Assembly (NCBI GenBank): GCA_001179505.1
Contig: CDMY01000335.1
Location: 1-64,000 of the forward strand
DNA length: 64,000 nucleotides
Direction: 5' to 3'
DNA from: Vitrella brassicaformis CCMP3155
Lineage: Eukaryota > Protista > Chromerida
Each line of letters starts with the position of its first letter. The stretch's first letter is position 1. This document shows positions 1 through 10,999 of the stretch, piece by piece. The position numbers were made by a program, and so were the translations under genes. The notes under the pieces are model-generated. The model was not told the origin of the DNA. It ran no database searches and saw nothing but the letters and a program-made list of their open reading frames with translations.

Positions 1-207
1 TGTTGCATGCGTCGGTGTGCTTCTCGCCAACACTCGTGCTGTGCACGTCTCTGTGACGCATAATTCACCGCCACTTCGCACGCTGCTTTCGACCCCCGCC
101 CAATTCGCGGCCCGGGGTGCCCACGCAGTGGGTGCCCCTTACTCGGAATCGACAGAGAAAGCTAAGCTGCAGCTCTTGCCTCTAAGCTCGCACAGATTAA
201 GAAGGGA

Positions 208-2509
208 ATGAATGAGCCCCGACGGCAGAGGAGCGCTCGTCAGCTCTTCCAGAGGCGGCAAAACCCCTTCCAGCCTGGCTCCCGGGTCATCGGCAAGCAT
301 GGCACCATAAACTACACGCTCGAGGGCGAGGAGGGAGCGCCGTTGTGCGTGTGCATCCACGGCTTGAACAGTAGCATGGGCCAGTATGAAGATCTCGCCG
401 TGCATCTCATCGCAAACGGCTACAGGGTGCTGAGATTCGGTAAGCTCCGGAGGGCCAATGGCATCGAACGGTCAGTGCGTTCGCGCGTGTGTGCATTGTT
501 GTGCCTGTGTGCATTTCTGCTATGGTAACACACAGACCTGTACGGCCATGGGATGTCATCCACACCAAAGATGACATCCTATGGGCCGGAGGTGTTTGTG
601 GGTCAGGTGGGTGAGCTGCTGCACAAGTGCGGGCTCGGGGAGACCCGCTTCAGCATCATCGGCTTCTCCATGGGCGGACTCATCGCTGGTAAGGAAGGGC
701 ACACACAGATGATGGATTGGGAATGAAGGCATGCAGGCTGGGCGGGCGTGTGTGGGTGTGGGTGTGCGATATTGTGTGCAGCGTTGAGTGCACTTGCGTA
801 TCGAGACAGAATCGATGGCGTGGTGCTGCTGGGGCCGGCAGGCATGCTCAGGGGCAAACCCAGCGCCATGTAAGTACGTATGAATGTGAGGGCACACGCA
901 GCCAGCAAACCAAACCACTGTCTGTCTGCCTTGCGTCGGCGACCGACGTTCACTCTTGCTCCCTTATTTCTGTCCGTTTCGTTCGGCTGCTTGGATGAAT
1001 GAGTCAGTCGCGCGCTGGACACGTGTGGGTGTTGCATCATCCCGGTGGCTCGCAACTGTGCCTCGAGGTGCTGTGTCAAAAGGGACGACTTCATGGTGGG
1101 TCGGTGAGTGAGGGAGCAGAAAGGAAAGGTTGAACCGCACGGGAAGGGAATGCGAGTGTTGGTGTGTGTTGGTGTGTGTGCGTGTGTGTGTGTGTGTGTC
1201 AGGAGTTGTTTTATGACAGCAGTGAGCACGCTGGTCGGGCGCATCTGGCCTATACTAGATATGTGTGGAGGGTGAGGAAGGAACCACACAGGGGGCGACA
1301 TACATACATACATGCATGCAGCAGTCGGGGATATCTATCTCTCTTTGCTTTGTGTGATGCGATATGGTGCGATGTGGTGCGTTTGTTTCTCATGTCAGTT
1401 TGGCCGCACTGTCGAAACGCTGCTGCGAGTGGCGAGGGGCATGCCGCTGTGGTAGGCTCACACCCCGCCCCGCCCACGCAGCCTGTCTGACACATTGATT
1501 GACATTGTTGTTGCTATCTATCTGTTGTGACAGGGACAACCCGGACCCATTTGAGCAGCTTGCTTCTCTCGACATTCCTGTGCTTCTCGGATGGGGGTCA
1601 GACAGACAGACAGACGGAGAAGAGATGGATGCACCAACCAACGGGATATTTGATCAATGATCGTGTTGTTGGTTGTTGTGTTGTCGATCGTCGATATATC
1701 AGTGTGGAGGACGACGTGACGCCCATCTCGGAGTGCTGGCAGTTCATGCGGTCAACCTTCCCCACGGCACCGATACTGCTGTATCCCAATGCGAAGCACC
1801 AGGTACTCATCGAGTGCTTCCCCCAGGTCTCGAGGTGAGGACACAGACTCACACACACACACACACGCACACACGCACTCGCCAAGCCAGCCACCGTATG
1901 TGTGTCTGCGTGAGGAACTCTCACTCAGGGACATCCTCGCATTCCTCCTGGTGGGTGGGTGACACTCAATGGAGGAAGGCCATTCGCCCAACGATGCACA
2001 TCATGTTTGTAATGTATTGTGTGCCGTGCAGCGTCGGCCAATCCCGGCAGTGGCAACGAACCCCCCTTCAAGTGACGGGACCTACTCAATGGTGAGCCTA
2101 CCGACAGTAGATGGATGGGCCGGAGGGGCACTCACTGCATTCGTGTGGTCTTTCCTCCTTCCAGGCTCACGTGAGTGCCCCAAAGGACATATCGCTGGAC
2201 TCGTCTGTGGTCGAGACGCAACTGCAGACGACGAGCGACTCCACGACGACCACCACTGTGCCAGTGCTGTGGCTGCCCACGGATGCGTCAGCGGCGACGA
2301 CGGTGATCCCCCCACCGTCGCAGCAAGTCATGGCGGCCGCTGCCTCGCTGCCGTGCCCACAGATGATACACAGGGGTGACCCCTATCTACCGCCCCTCTT
2401 GGTGCAGGCCATCGATACGGGCAGGCACTCACACGCAGGGCAGGCGCAGCGGAAGGGGAGCGGGGCTGATCAGCTTCATGGGATTGAGATGAAGAATGCT
2501 GTTGTGTGA
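208..2509 (+). CDS. Alpha/beta-hydrolase fold protein (multi-exon)
   Basis: Exons joined at GT-AG sites give CVCIHGLNSS (oxyanion HG), RF|DLYGHGMS, nucleophile elbow IIGFSMGGLIA, VVLLGPAG, DIPVLLGWG and a late His (PNAKHQVL). The 3' exons (~1929-2509) are less certain. Confidence 0.8.
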
Positions 2510-2924
2510 TGGATGGATGGATGGATGGATGGATGGGACAGATGGGACAGACTGAGTGGGTGTGGTGTGTAGATATGAATGCACTCGTGGCACTCTCTGC
2601 ACGGATAGGTGGCTGTGCGGTGAGTCCGACAGTGTGTTACTCGAGAGTCCGAGGTTGTCTGTGTAAGAGACTGTCGAGGTATGGGTGCATGGTTGCCACG
2701 TGTAAGAGAGCTACGTGCCTTCAGTCATCACTCACCAGCTGCCTATCGCTGTGTCTGTGTCTGTGTTGTGTTGTTAGCGTAGAAATGACGAGCTCAGATT
2801 CATCCACAGTTCGCTCTGTCGCGTGAGGTGAAACAGCTCAGCTGCAGACGTCTGTCTACACGGGACTGGTGCATCAAACTAGCAGTGCAAGACAACACGC
2901 AAGAAACACACAGCCGCTCACTCG

Positions 2925-3164
2925 CTACAGTCCTTGCCCCTTCTGCTGTTCTTCCAGCCACTGCATCGCCTGGCCACACAGCTGCTCCGCCTGCTCCAGA
3001 TTCACCTTGGCGACGGTCTTGACGTGCGAGTCCTTGAAGTTCTGCAGGAACCGCTCGGCCTGCTGGGCGGCGTCAGGGTGGTCTTTGAACATGCGCTGCA
3101 CGTGCTCCGCAAGATCACGCCAAAATGCGTCGGCCGCAGCCGGCAGGGACTTAGGTGATGCCAT
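2925..3164 (-). CDS. Small hypothetical all-helical protein (79 aa ORF; possible extra 3' exon)
   Basis: ATG-started ORF (MASPKSLPAAADAFWRDLAEHVQRMFK...) with amphipathic-helix composition and no microsatellites; divergent from the carrier gene. No family recognised. Confidence 0.5.
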   Translation of the reverse strand: MASPKSLPAAADAFWRDLAEHVQRMFKDHPDAAQQAERFLQNFKDSHVKTVAKVNLEQAEQLCGQAMQWLEEQQKGQGL

Positions 3165-3527
3165 GGATTCAACGCATGGATCCTCTCTGTCGGTTAGGGT
3201 TGATGCCGTGAAAGGCGACCCTGCTGCCTGTCATCCATGAAGAGCCGGTCCTTTTTGTTGCCCTTTGTCTTCTCTCTCTCCTTCATGCGTTCAGAGGCAG
3301 CTCTCGCACTTGCTCTCGCCTGAAGCAGCCACACAAGATGGGAGCCAGGTGGGTCTGCTGCTCGGACGGAGAAACAAGAATGAGGGAGGCGTCACGTCAC
3401 ACATATATATGAACATTCCTTTCATTCGTTCGTCGATTCGTGCAGGTCCCGCCCTCTATCACATTGTGAAAAATGGAGAGCACTGCCTCTTCGGCCGATT
3501 CAACTCGTGTTTCTGGTGCTAGCAACA

Positions 3528-4731
3528 ATGCAATGCCGTCTATCGGCTGCGATGCTCAACATAGATGATGCCAAGAAGGCTCTGGCTGGTAGGTCAAGAG
3601 TATGTTTGCACCCACTCGCTCGCCATCCCGCATGCTGTCTGTGTTTGTGCATTTGCCTGTCTGATTTGTTGGCCTGCAGGTGGTCTGGCGGGCTCTTTCG
3701 CAACCGCCGTGCTGCACCCTGTTGATACGGTGAAGGTGTACATACAAATCGAGAGGCGGCGCGAGCACACGGGCCATCACCACCGCCCATCACTCGGCGA
3801 CACCCTACGGACAATGCGGGCCATCAGGAAGGAGAAGGGCATCGGCGCCCTTTACTCGGGTTTCTTGCCGTCTGTCCTCGGGGCCTTGCCGTCATCTGCT
3901 CTCTACTTCGGCGCGTATGAGTTGGTCAAGTCACGGGCGACGTCTGTTCTCGAGGCACGGCGGCGCCGTTTGTCTGGCGAGGGAGGGTGTCAGAATGGTC
4001 CTCTTCCGGTTCAGCAACGTGCATTTGTGAACGCCCTGGCGGCCGCCAGTGGGAATGCCGTGTCTGCTATGGTCTTTGTTCCCAAGGAATTTGTGAAGCA
4101 GCAGCTTCAAGCGTCCAAGAGCGGGGCTATCGGGGCGGGCCAGATCTTGTCGTCGGTGGACATTTTGTGGGCGGCTGTGAAGGAGAGCGGCATCAAAGGC
4201 GTGTATCGAGGCTATCGGGCGACGCTGGTGAGGAACGTCCCCTCCTCCGTCCTTCGTTTCTCAGTCTTCGAGGAGCTCAAGCGCTTGATTGTTTCAACCT
4301 GCGTGACCCCCTCATCTCAGCTCCCATCCTTCTCTCTACGCTCCGCCGCCTACCTCCCCGTCTATCTCTTTCTTGCTGGTGCGGTGGCGGGTGCGGTGTC
4401 GTCCGGCCTCACCACACCAATGGACAACGTGAAGACAAACATCGCCACGCGGCAGCTGTCTCAAGACATGAGCATTGGCCAGAACCTCCGCACGCTCTGG
4501 AAGGAGCAAGGCATGTCGAGTCTCCTGGCGGGTATGAAGACGCGAGTGCTCTACTCGGGGCTCTTTTCAGCAGTCGGGCTGGGATCATTTGAGGCCTTCA
4601 AGTCTGCCTTGCGAGTGAGTGACAGCCGGCCGCTGTCCTTGCCACGCCTGCGGGTGTGGCTGGCAGGTTTTGCTGAGCCCTTGAGTGTGCTGGACAGAAG
4701 GAAAGCTCATACTACTATGCGGGGCAACTGA
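3528..4731 (+). CDS. Mitochondrial carrier family (SLC25) protein, SAM-carrier-like
   Basis: Three carrier signatures: HPVDTVK, VPKEFVKQQLQ, TPMDNVKT; also GxxALYSG and GVYRGYRATLVRNVP segments. One intron at 3589-3679. Confidence 0.9.
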
Positions 4732-5070
4732 GGATGTATCATCTGTGTGTGAAGTCGATATGGAGTGACATATACTAGACGCAGATGAACCAGGTCGCGT
4801 GCTCTTGTTTGTTGTTGCGCGCTGGGTAAATTGTACAGTAATTCTATTCGCAGAGAGTGCGATGGACACTCGCTCTTTCAAAAGAGACATACCTCTCACC
4901 TTTGGCCTAGCCTTTGGCCAATTGGGCATCACAAGGGGCATCACTAGTGAGGAAGACACCGGCAGGCCCTCACATAGACCGACATGCAGGTCTATGTCAT
5001 CGTATTCAGCACCTCCCTGCTGTCACTTCGCTGCACAAATTGCTCCCATACGCGTCTTCGTCGTGCTTCA

Positions 5071-6025
5071 GGGCCCACACAATGACAAACAAGGAGGTGA
5101 TACATTGTATGGGCTGATCATGTGTGAATGAGAGTTTCTATAGATGCGTGCATGGCGTTTGTTCACTCCTTGATGGTCGCTTCGGTATGTGTCTCTCGAT
5201 CCGTCCATGTATTGTCTCACTGTCTGCTCTTCCATCATGAATCCGTCATCCATGCATGTGCAGACGGACCACGCATGCAGCCAGACAGGCGGGCAGGCAG
5301 GCGGGCAGGCAGGCAGTCGAAAGCAATGGTCGAAAGAGCAAGGGAGTGCTGGGAGTGTAGGCAAAACCGCCAACACCTACACCCCACCAGCCCAGCCTGT
5401 GGTGCGGCAGATCACTGCCTATTGGCGGCACACCAACAGACTGGGCAGCCAGCGAGATCAGACAGACAAAGAGACAGACGTCCCGCGTGGACCCGTGTGT
5501 GTGCGTGTGAACCCATTATGAATAGAAAAGGAAATAGGGTGTCTCGGCCGGTTCCGGTGAATGCGTGCGACTCTGCTTGAGCGTGTTGCCTTGAAATCAA
5601 TCCACCCGCTGCAATCCGACGCCCATCTTTCCTGCAGCAAACAAAACGCGCAGAAGCCACTATATATATCTCAGTCTCAATTGGACTGTATTCTGCGCGT
5701 TTTCTTCGTAGCGTGAGTCATACCGTGGATATTGAAATATGCTGGCTGCTTGAGTTGGAGTCCTACCTCTTCAGTGAGGTTGATGAAATGCTTGAATAGC
5801 TTAAATTGGCCCTCACTGTCCTCGTCCCAGCAGATACCCTGCCCTTCTTGCAAGCAGATCGTATTCTCTGGTTGCGCACTGCAGCTGCATGCTTTGCCAT
5901 CGAAGAAATCCTGAAGACACAAACCACCGGCCGAATAATTACGAATAGAAAGACGTGTCTCATTCAGTCAGTGCTCACATACCGGGACGTTGTTGAGGAT
6001 GACTATACCGCGCTAATGTACATTA

Positions 6026-6061
<36 letters not shown>

Positions 6062-7243
6062 TGGATGAAGAAGCATGCTGGATGGAACCACTAGTGGAAA
6101 GAAAGGCAGATTGCTGCTGGAAGGGCTATGGCAATGTTTACGGCGCGAGCAGGGACTTTATGTTTTGCCAGAACGATGTAATGATGTTCCACTGTGGCAG
6201 GAATGTCTCCTCCACTTCTTCTGAGGTCATCTTATCCGCCTGGAGCAACATGGGGTCCCAGAAGATGAACTATCAAGAATATACGAGTGCAGAAAAAAGA
6301 AGAAGTACATAGGTTAATGTCTCGTACCCTCATTGGTTCACCTGAGGGCAATACACAAGTACGATTCCCGTGAAGTGGTTGAGTGGCAGCCCGAGTGAAG
6401 AATGGGCTGAATACACCTGCATGCATGAACTCATTCATGACAGAGAGATACCCAGTGAGTGAGTGGGTGCTGTTTCTTGAGTATCAGTTACCTGTTGAGT
6501 ATCAGTCAGGTCGAGCTGCCAGAAGTGGGGCTTGGTGGGGACGTTTGCGAGGCGAGACCAGGTAAACTGATGGGTTCCGTATGAGATTCGTCCCAGTCCC
6601 GGGCCTCCTCGACGATGTAGTGGTCTGCCGTCTCAAACTCCACCACTTCCTTGTTTTTGTCGTATCCGGTGAGGCTGCGCGGCAGTTTTACCTCAAACTC
6701 GTAATCTATGAACGCAAACGAGCCCATAATCGCGTCAGGTGTCCTGCAGACAACGCAACAAAAACGTGTGCAGTGCATGCAGGCATGCATCCGCAGGCAT
6801 GCATGCAGCACGCGTAGGCATGCAGACCATGCTGAGGGGTCCACCGCGCGATGGAAGAGGAAGGGCAGCTCCCCGTCCCTGTGTTGTTTGAGTCCGTGAG
6901 TAGGAGCGTGGCATCCTGCATTCATGGTGGCCACCAAAAGCATTGCATGCATGCAAAACGAAGATGATGTTTGCTCGCCCACCGAGGAGAACATCAGGGA
7001 CAGCCGTGGGAACATCCCTCCTGAGGAAGCCGCGGCTGGCGTGGGCAACGCTCATGCCGATGGAGACATTGTGGCGCCAGCCCAGAGTCACCGGGAGGCA
7101 GCTCAAAAACGTCAGCAGATGGAAGGCAGCCAAAACAACGCAGGGACGAGGCGACATGATGAGAAAGGCTGCAATTGAAAAGGCTCTTTTGAGAATGAAG
7201 CGTGACTCCGTGTCGGATGCGTGCTTCGTGTCGGATTTCACGG
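5071..7243. repeat. Dispersed duplicated segment, copy A (inverted relative to 51297-53721)
   Basis: Long stretches are reverse complements of 51297-53721 (e.g. gggcccacacaatgacaaacaag at 5071 vs cttgtttgtcattgcgtgggccc ending 53721; shared GYDKNKEVVEFETADH and GLQLKQPAYFN exons). Confidence 0.9.
5597..6925 (-). pseudogene. Unknown spliced gene in cassette A, frameshifted in exon 2
   Basis: GCCACC-ATG start; exons MNAGCHAPTHG..W|TPDAIMGSFAFIDYE..|VYSAHSSLGLPLNHF..PQ|DFFDGKACSCSA..YFNIH|GKMGVGLQRVD* keep splice sites and phases shared with copy B. A frameshift at ~6550-6590 relative to copy B truncates it. Confidence 0.55.
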
Positions 7244-7284
7244 ATAAATTCTCCCTAGCGCAAAAAGGCACAGACCTTGTGAGA

Positions 7285-8332
7285 ATGCGCCGGAGCTTTC
7301 GTCCTCTCCGCAATGCCTCAGCAGCACCAGCCGTCGTTCCTCCCCCGTTCCCCTTCCCTTTCTCTGTCCGCCTTCAGCCCAACCCCGCCGTCCCCCACCC
7401 CTACCCGCACCCGCACCCGCACCAACTCACCTCCCTCGCAGACCCTCTGGCCATCACACAACAACACCCTGATGGTGGCGACGGCAGCGGCACACTGCTT
7501 CCCTTTCAGCAGCAGCAGCAGAGTGTCGTCGACGAGGCGGCCAAGACGCCCCTGATTTGTCTGCGGGAGCTGACTGCGTCCAGGCTCTTTCGGCTGAGCG
7601 GCGATTCTGACGCGCTGGCGCGGCTGATACACCACGACATGCCCATACGCCTCTCGCGGCGCTATCTGCAGCTGAGCAACATGGCTGCGAACACCAGCGG
7701 GCAGCTGCACGAGATACTCGAGCTGATACGCAAGGAGTACCTGAGGACTTTGCTGTTGCTGCGCACTGCGGCGCCGCCGACTGGCAAGTGCACGGCTTTC
7801 GACTCGCTGCTCATGGTAAGTGGATGCACATATGGGGGAACAGACAGAGGAGGGAGGGAGGAGGACTGCCCACGCATCTCATTCGTTGGTGTGTGTCTGT
7901 GCCGCGCAGGACATTCGCAAGCGGCACTACGCTTGTCTGCACAAGCTGGTGCATCAGATCCGCCGGTTAAGGCACCGCCGCAACAACAGCACCACCGCCC
8001 CCGCACACCAGCCATGGCACAGCCAGGGCGCCGACAACCACCCCCTACCCATAGAAGACATATTCTGCAGCTCCTTACAGGTAGGTACTCACTTGAACGC
8101 AAGGACGCGGAGGTTGAGCAACAAGCTTTTATGTGTGCATCTCTGTGTGTGTTGTGCAGATGGAGTTTGTGATGCATCATTACCTGAGGCTTCGGACTGG
8201 TGCCCCAGTGCACAGCGGCAGGAGTGCTTTGGGGCTGTTTCGCTTCGACGTCACGCCCATGCAGATCACATGGAACGCCGTCGACGAAGCCAGACGCATA
8301 TGCTCGGTGGGCCAGCAGAAGACGACACGACA

Positions 8333-8364
<32 letters not shown>

Positions 8365-9027
8365 CCCTTATAGTCTCCCTCCCTTGTTGTTTGTTCTGTG
8401 TCCGTCCACAGGCAAAGTACCGGGCTAGCCCTCAGATCAGCGTCAAGATGATCGACGGCATGTCGGACATCGACGACGGCGTTCCTCTCCACATGCCCAT
8501 CCCAACACCATCATGCCGCCCCACCGTCCCCCGCTGCGTGCACTACGTGGTCCTGGAGCTCATCAAAAACGCCATGTGCGCGTCCATCAATGGTTCCAGC
8601 AGCACCGATGCCGCCGCCAGTAGCGTCGACAGAGATGTCGACCGTCAGCCGACAGTGAGTGTGCGTGCGGAGCAGCGTTCAGACGGCGGGGTGACCATCA
8701 CTGTCGAGGATCGGGGAAGGGGCATGACGAACTCCGAACTAACACGCGTACGCTCCCAGTGCGCGTCGCACACACAGGGTCAGTCTGACCACTTGGTTGT
8801 CTGGTTCTCAGGCGTGGTCATTCCTCCACTCGACGGCCGAGGGACCTGACGAGACGGCCGACGGGGTGGGAGTGGACGGAGGGAGAAACGCCCCACTGCT
8901 TGCCGGCCTCGGGCTGGGCCTGCCTGTTAGCCGTCTCTACTGTGCCTTCATGGAGGGCTCGATCGACATCCAGTCGACCGTCGGGGAGGGGACCAAGGCA
9001 ACGGTCGTGTTTCCACCTCTTGCATGA
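7285..9027 (+). CDS. Pyruvate dehydrogenase / branched-chain ketoacid dehydrogenase kinase (PDK/BCKDK family, GHKL fold)
   Basis: HHDMPIRLSRR (N-domain), N box VLELIKNAM, G1 box VEDRGRGM, G2 box LAGLGLGLPVSRLY..MEGSIDIQSTVGEGT. Start MRRSFRPLRNASAAPA looks like a mitochondrial presequence; the frame is open upstream to 6943. Confidence 0.85.
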
Positions 9028-9237
9028 TGCTGTGATACATGCGATGTGTGTGGTCGATCTCTGCCGCACGGGGAGGGGTCTGGGTGTGTGTGTGTGTGTG
9101 TGAACTGTTGTTGTTACGCGATGGATGGATGGATGGCTTGATGTGTTTTGGCGTTTTGGAGGGTCGTTGATTCCACTTGATTGACAGTGTACTGGGTGGT
9201 TGGGGGGCGGGGGGGGGGGGGGGGGGGGGGGGGGGGG

Positions 9238-9537
9238 NNNNNNNNNNNNNNNNNNNNNNNNNNNNNNNNNNNNNNNNNNNNNNNNNNNNNNNNNNNNNNN
9301 NNNNNNNNNNNNNNNNNNNNNNNNNNNNNNNNNNNNNNNNNNNNNNNNNNNNNNNNNNNNNNNNNNNNNNNNNNNNNNNNNNNNNNNNNNNNNNNNNNNN
9401 NNNNNNNNNNNNNNNNNNNNNNNNNNNNNNNNNNNNNNNNNNNNNNNNNNNNNNNNNNNNNNNNNNNNNNNNNNNNNNNNNNNNNNNNNNNNNNNNNNNN
9501 NNNNNNNNNNNNNNNNNNNNNNNNNNNNNNNNNNNNN
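9238..9537. other. Assembly gap (300 N) preceded by a poly-G run
   Basis: N run visible in the sequence. Confidence 1.
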
Positions 9538-10090
9538 GGAGGTGTTGTGTTGTGTTGTGTTGTGTTGTGCAGTCCATGGAAACGATCCAATCACTGCCTG
9601 CCCTTGCGTGCGTAAACAAACAAACAAAAGTAAGTGCCTTTTTGTGCGTCTCTCTCTGTGCATGTCTGTCTGTCTGTCTATGTGGATGTGACGGTGTGTG
9701 CGATCGAGGGAATTAGTGAGTCGGGTGCGGTGTCTTTATCTTATCCATGTGCGCCATCTATATATCCCTTGCTCCCTTGATTGATTGATGCACGCAGCCA
9801 AGGGCGCCAGATTGATGTCTAGTCTTGTTTTGTTTTGTCTTGTCGATACGATAGCCCCTCCCTCTCAATCTGCACGGCTCGGCGCCCTTAGTCAGTCCAC
9901 TTTTGCATCTCTGCCCCATATATCGCAATGCACATACGGCCGGGCAGGGAAGGAGAGACAGACAGGTCATGTGTGTGTGGGTGGGTGGGGTGTGTCCAGC
10001 AAGGAGCTCTGGCCCCTGATGGCATCCATCCCATCAGGGAGGAGGACTTTTTGACCTAGCGAGAGAGGTGAAATGTAGCGGACGAGGGGT

Positions 10091-10188
10091 CGTTCCTTCT
10101 TTGGTCTTCAGCCCGTCAGCGACGCGACTCGAGGATAAACCTTCTCGACAATTGCGCCGCTGGCTGGCTGAAGAATGAAGAAGGAACG
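10091..10188. ncRNA. Candidate structured RNA: 98-nt imperfect hairpin in intergenic DNA
   Basis: cgttccttctt pairs with aagaaggaacg, tcttcagcc with ggctgaaga, tcagcg with cgctgg, tcgag with ctcga; ATAAA loop. No RNA family recognised. Confidence 0.3.
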
Positions 10189-10999
10189 GACACAGAGCAC
10201 GGCTTTCCCCGACTGCAGACAGACAGTCGAACTCTGCTATGGGTGTTGGTTGTACTGTGTTGCGTGTGGGGGTGGGGTAATGGATTGACAGAGCGAGCGG
10301 CCGGCCGGCTGGTTGTCTATTTGTCCGCTACTCCCCGCCCTGCCCTTTGCTATGTATGACATTGATTGATTGCCTGAGACGGGTCAGCCACCAACAGCCG
10401 GGGCGTGGATGTGTGTCTCTTCCTATGTGACTGACTGCGTCTGTGTATGTGTGTGTGGGTGGAGGGAGGTACGCTAGTCACAATGGTATGGGAAATGCCG
10501 CTGACAGACTTGTTGCTTGTCTGCCTGCCTGCCTGCCTGCCTGTCGATGTCAATGGCTATCTTCTCTCTCTTGCGCGCGCTGCACTATCCGAGCGAAGGT
10601 GTTGGTTTCTCACGTACGCAGCGAGCAGGAGCGAGGAGAGGAACCCATTCATTCAAGCTTTGTTGCAGCAAATCTGAGTCAAAGGCAAAGGAAGGCAAGA
10701 CAAGCACCTAGCTATGGACACTCAGCCACCCATGCCCTGTACACACACACAGACAGACAGACAGACAGACACACGCCCACAGCCCACCGACCCATCCGCC
10801 CGCCCACCCACTCGGCAGCCATCGACCAGAGGTTGGTTAAGCCAGGAGCACAGCACTAGCAGCAAGAGGGCAAGAAGCAATGCAACGTAACGCATCAGCG
10901 AGCCGTTCCATGTCACCTACCTACCCACCCAGGCACTCTCACCCCTCTCTCTCTCTCTCTCGTCAACTGCCTGCACACGGGCGGGCATCGATCCATCCA

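Noticed and set aside
5068-5376. Conserved ORF MDDGFMMEEQTVRQYMDGSRD.. in both cassette copies as a second cassette gene
   Set aside because: Conservation is explained by the duplication itself; substitutions are not clearly synonymous-biased and no start or splice framework was found. Left unresolved.
6770-6955. Cluster of TGCATGCA (known ApiAP2-bound motif) upstream of PDK
   Set aside because: GCATGC words are abundant throughout introns in this window, and most of this cluster lies in intron 1 of the cassette gene; no specific enrichment can be claimed.
9540-9930. Possible exon fragments after the gap (SMETIQSLPALA; LGALSQSTFASLPHIS), LRR-like
   Set aside because: Too short, no coherent spliced frame, and the gap prevents reconstruction.
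10064-10082. gaggtgaaatgtagcgg resembles a 16S/18S rRNA segment
   Set aside because: The word order differs from the rRNA motif and there is no flanking rRNA similarity; chance match.
10091-10188. SECIS element
   Set aside because: No AUGA/GA quartet in the right position on either strand, and no in-frame TGA selenoprotein candidate nearby.
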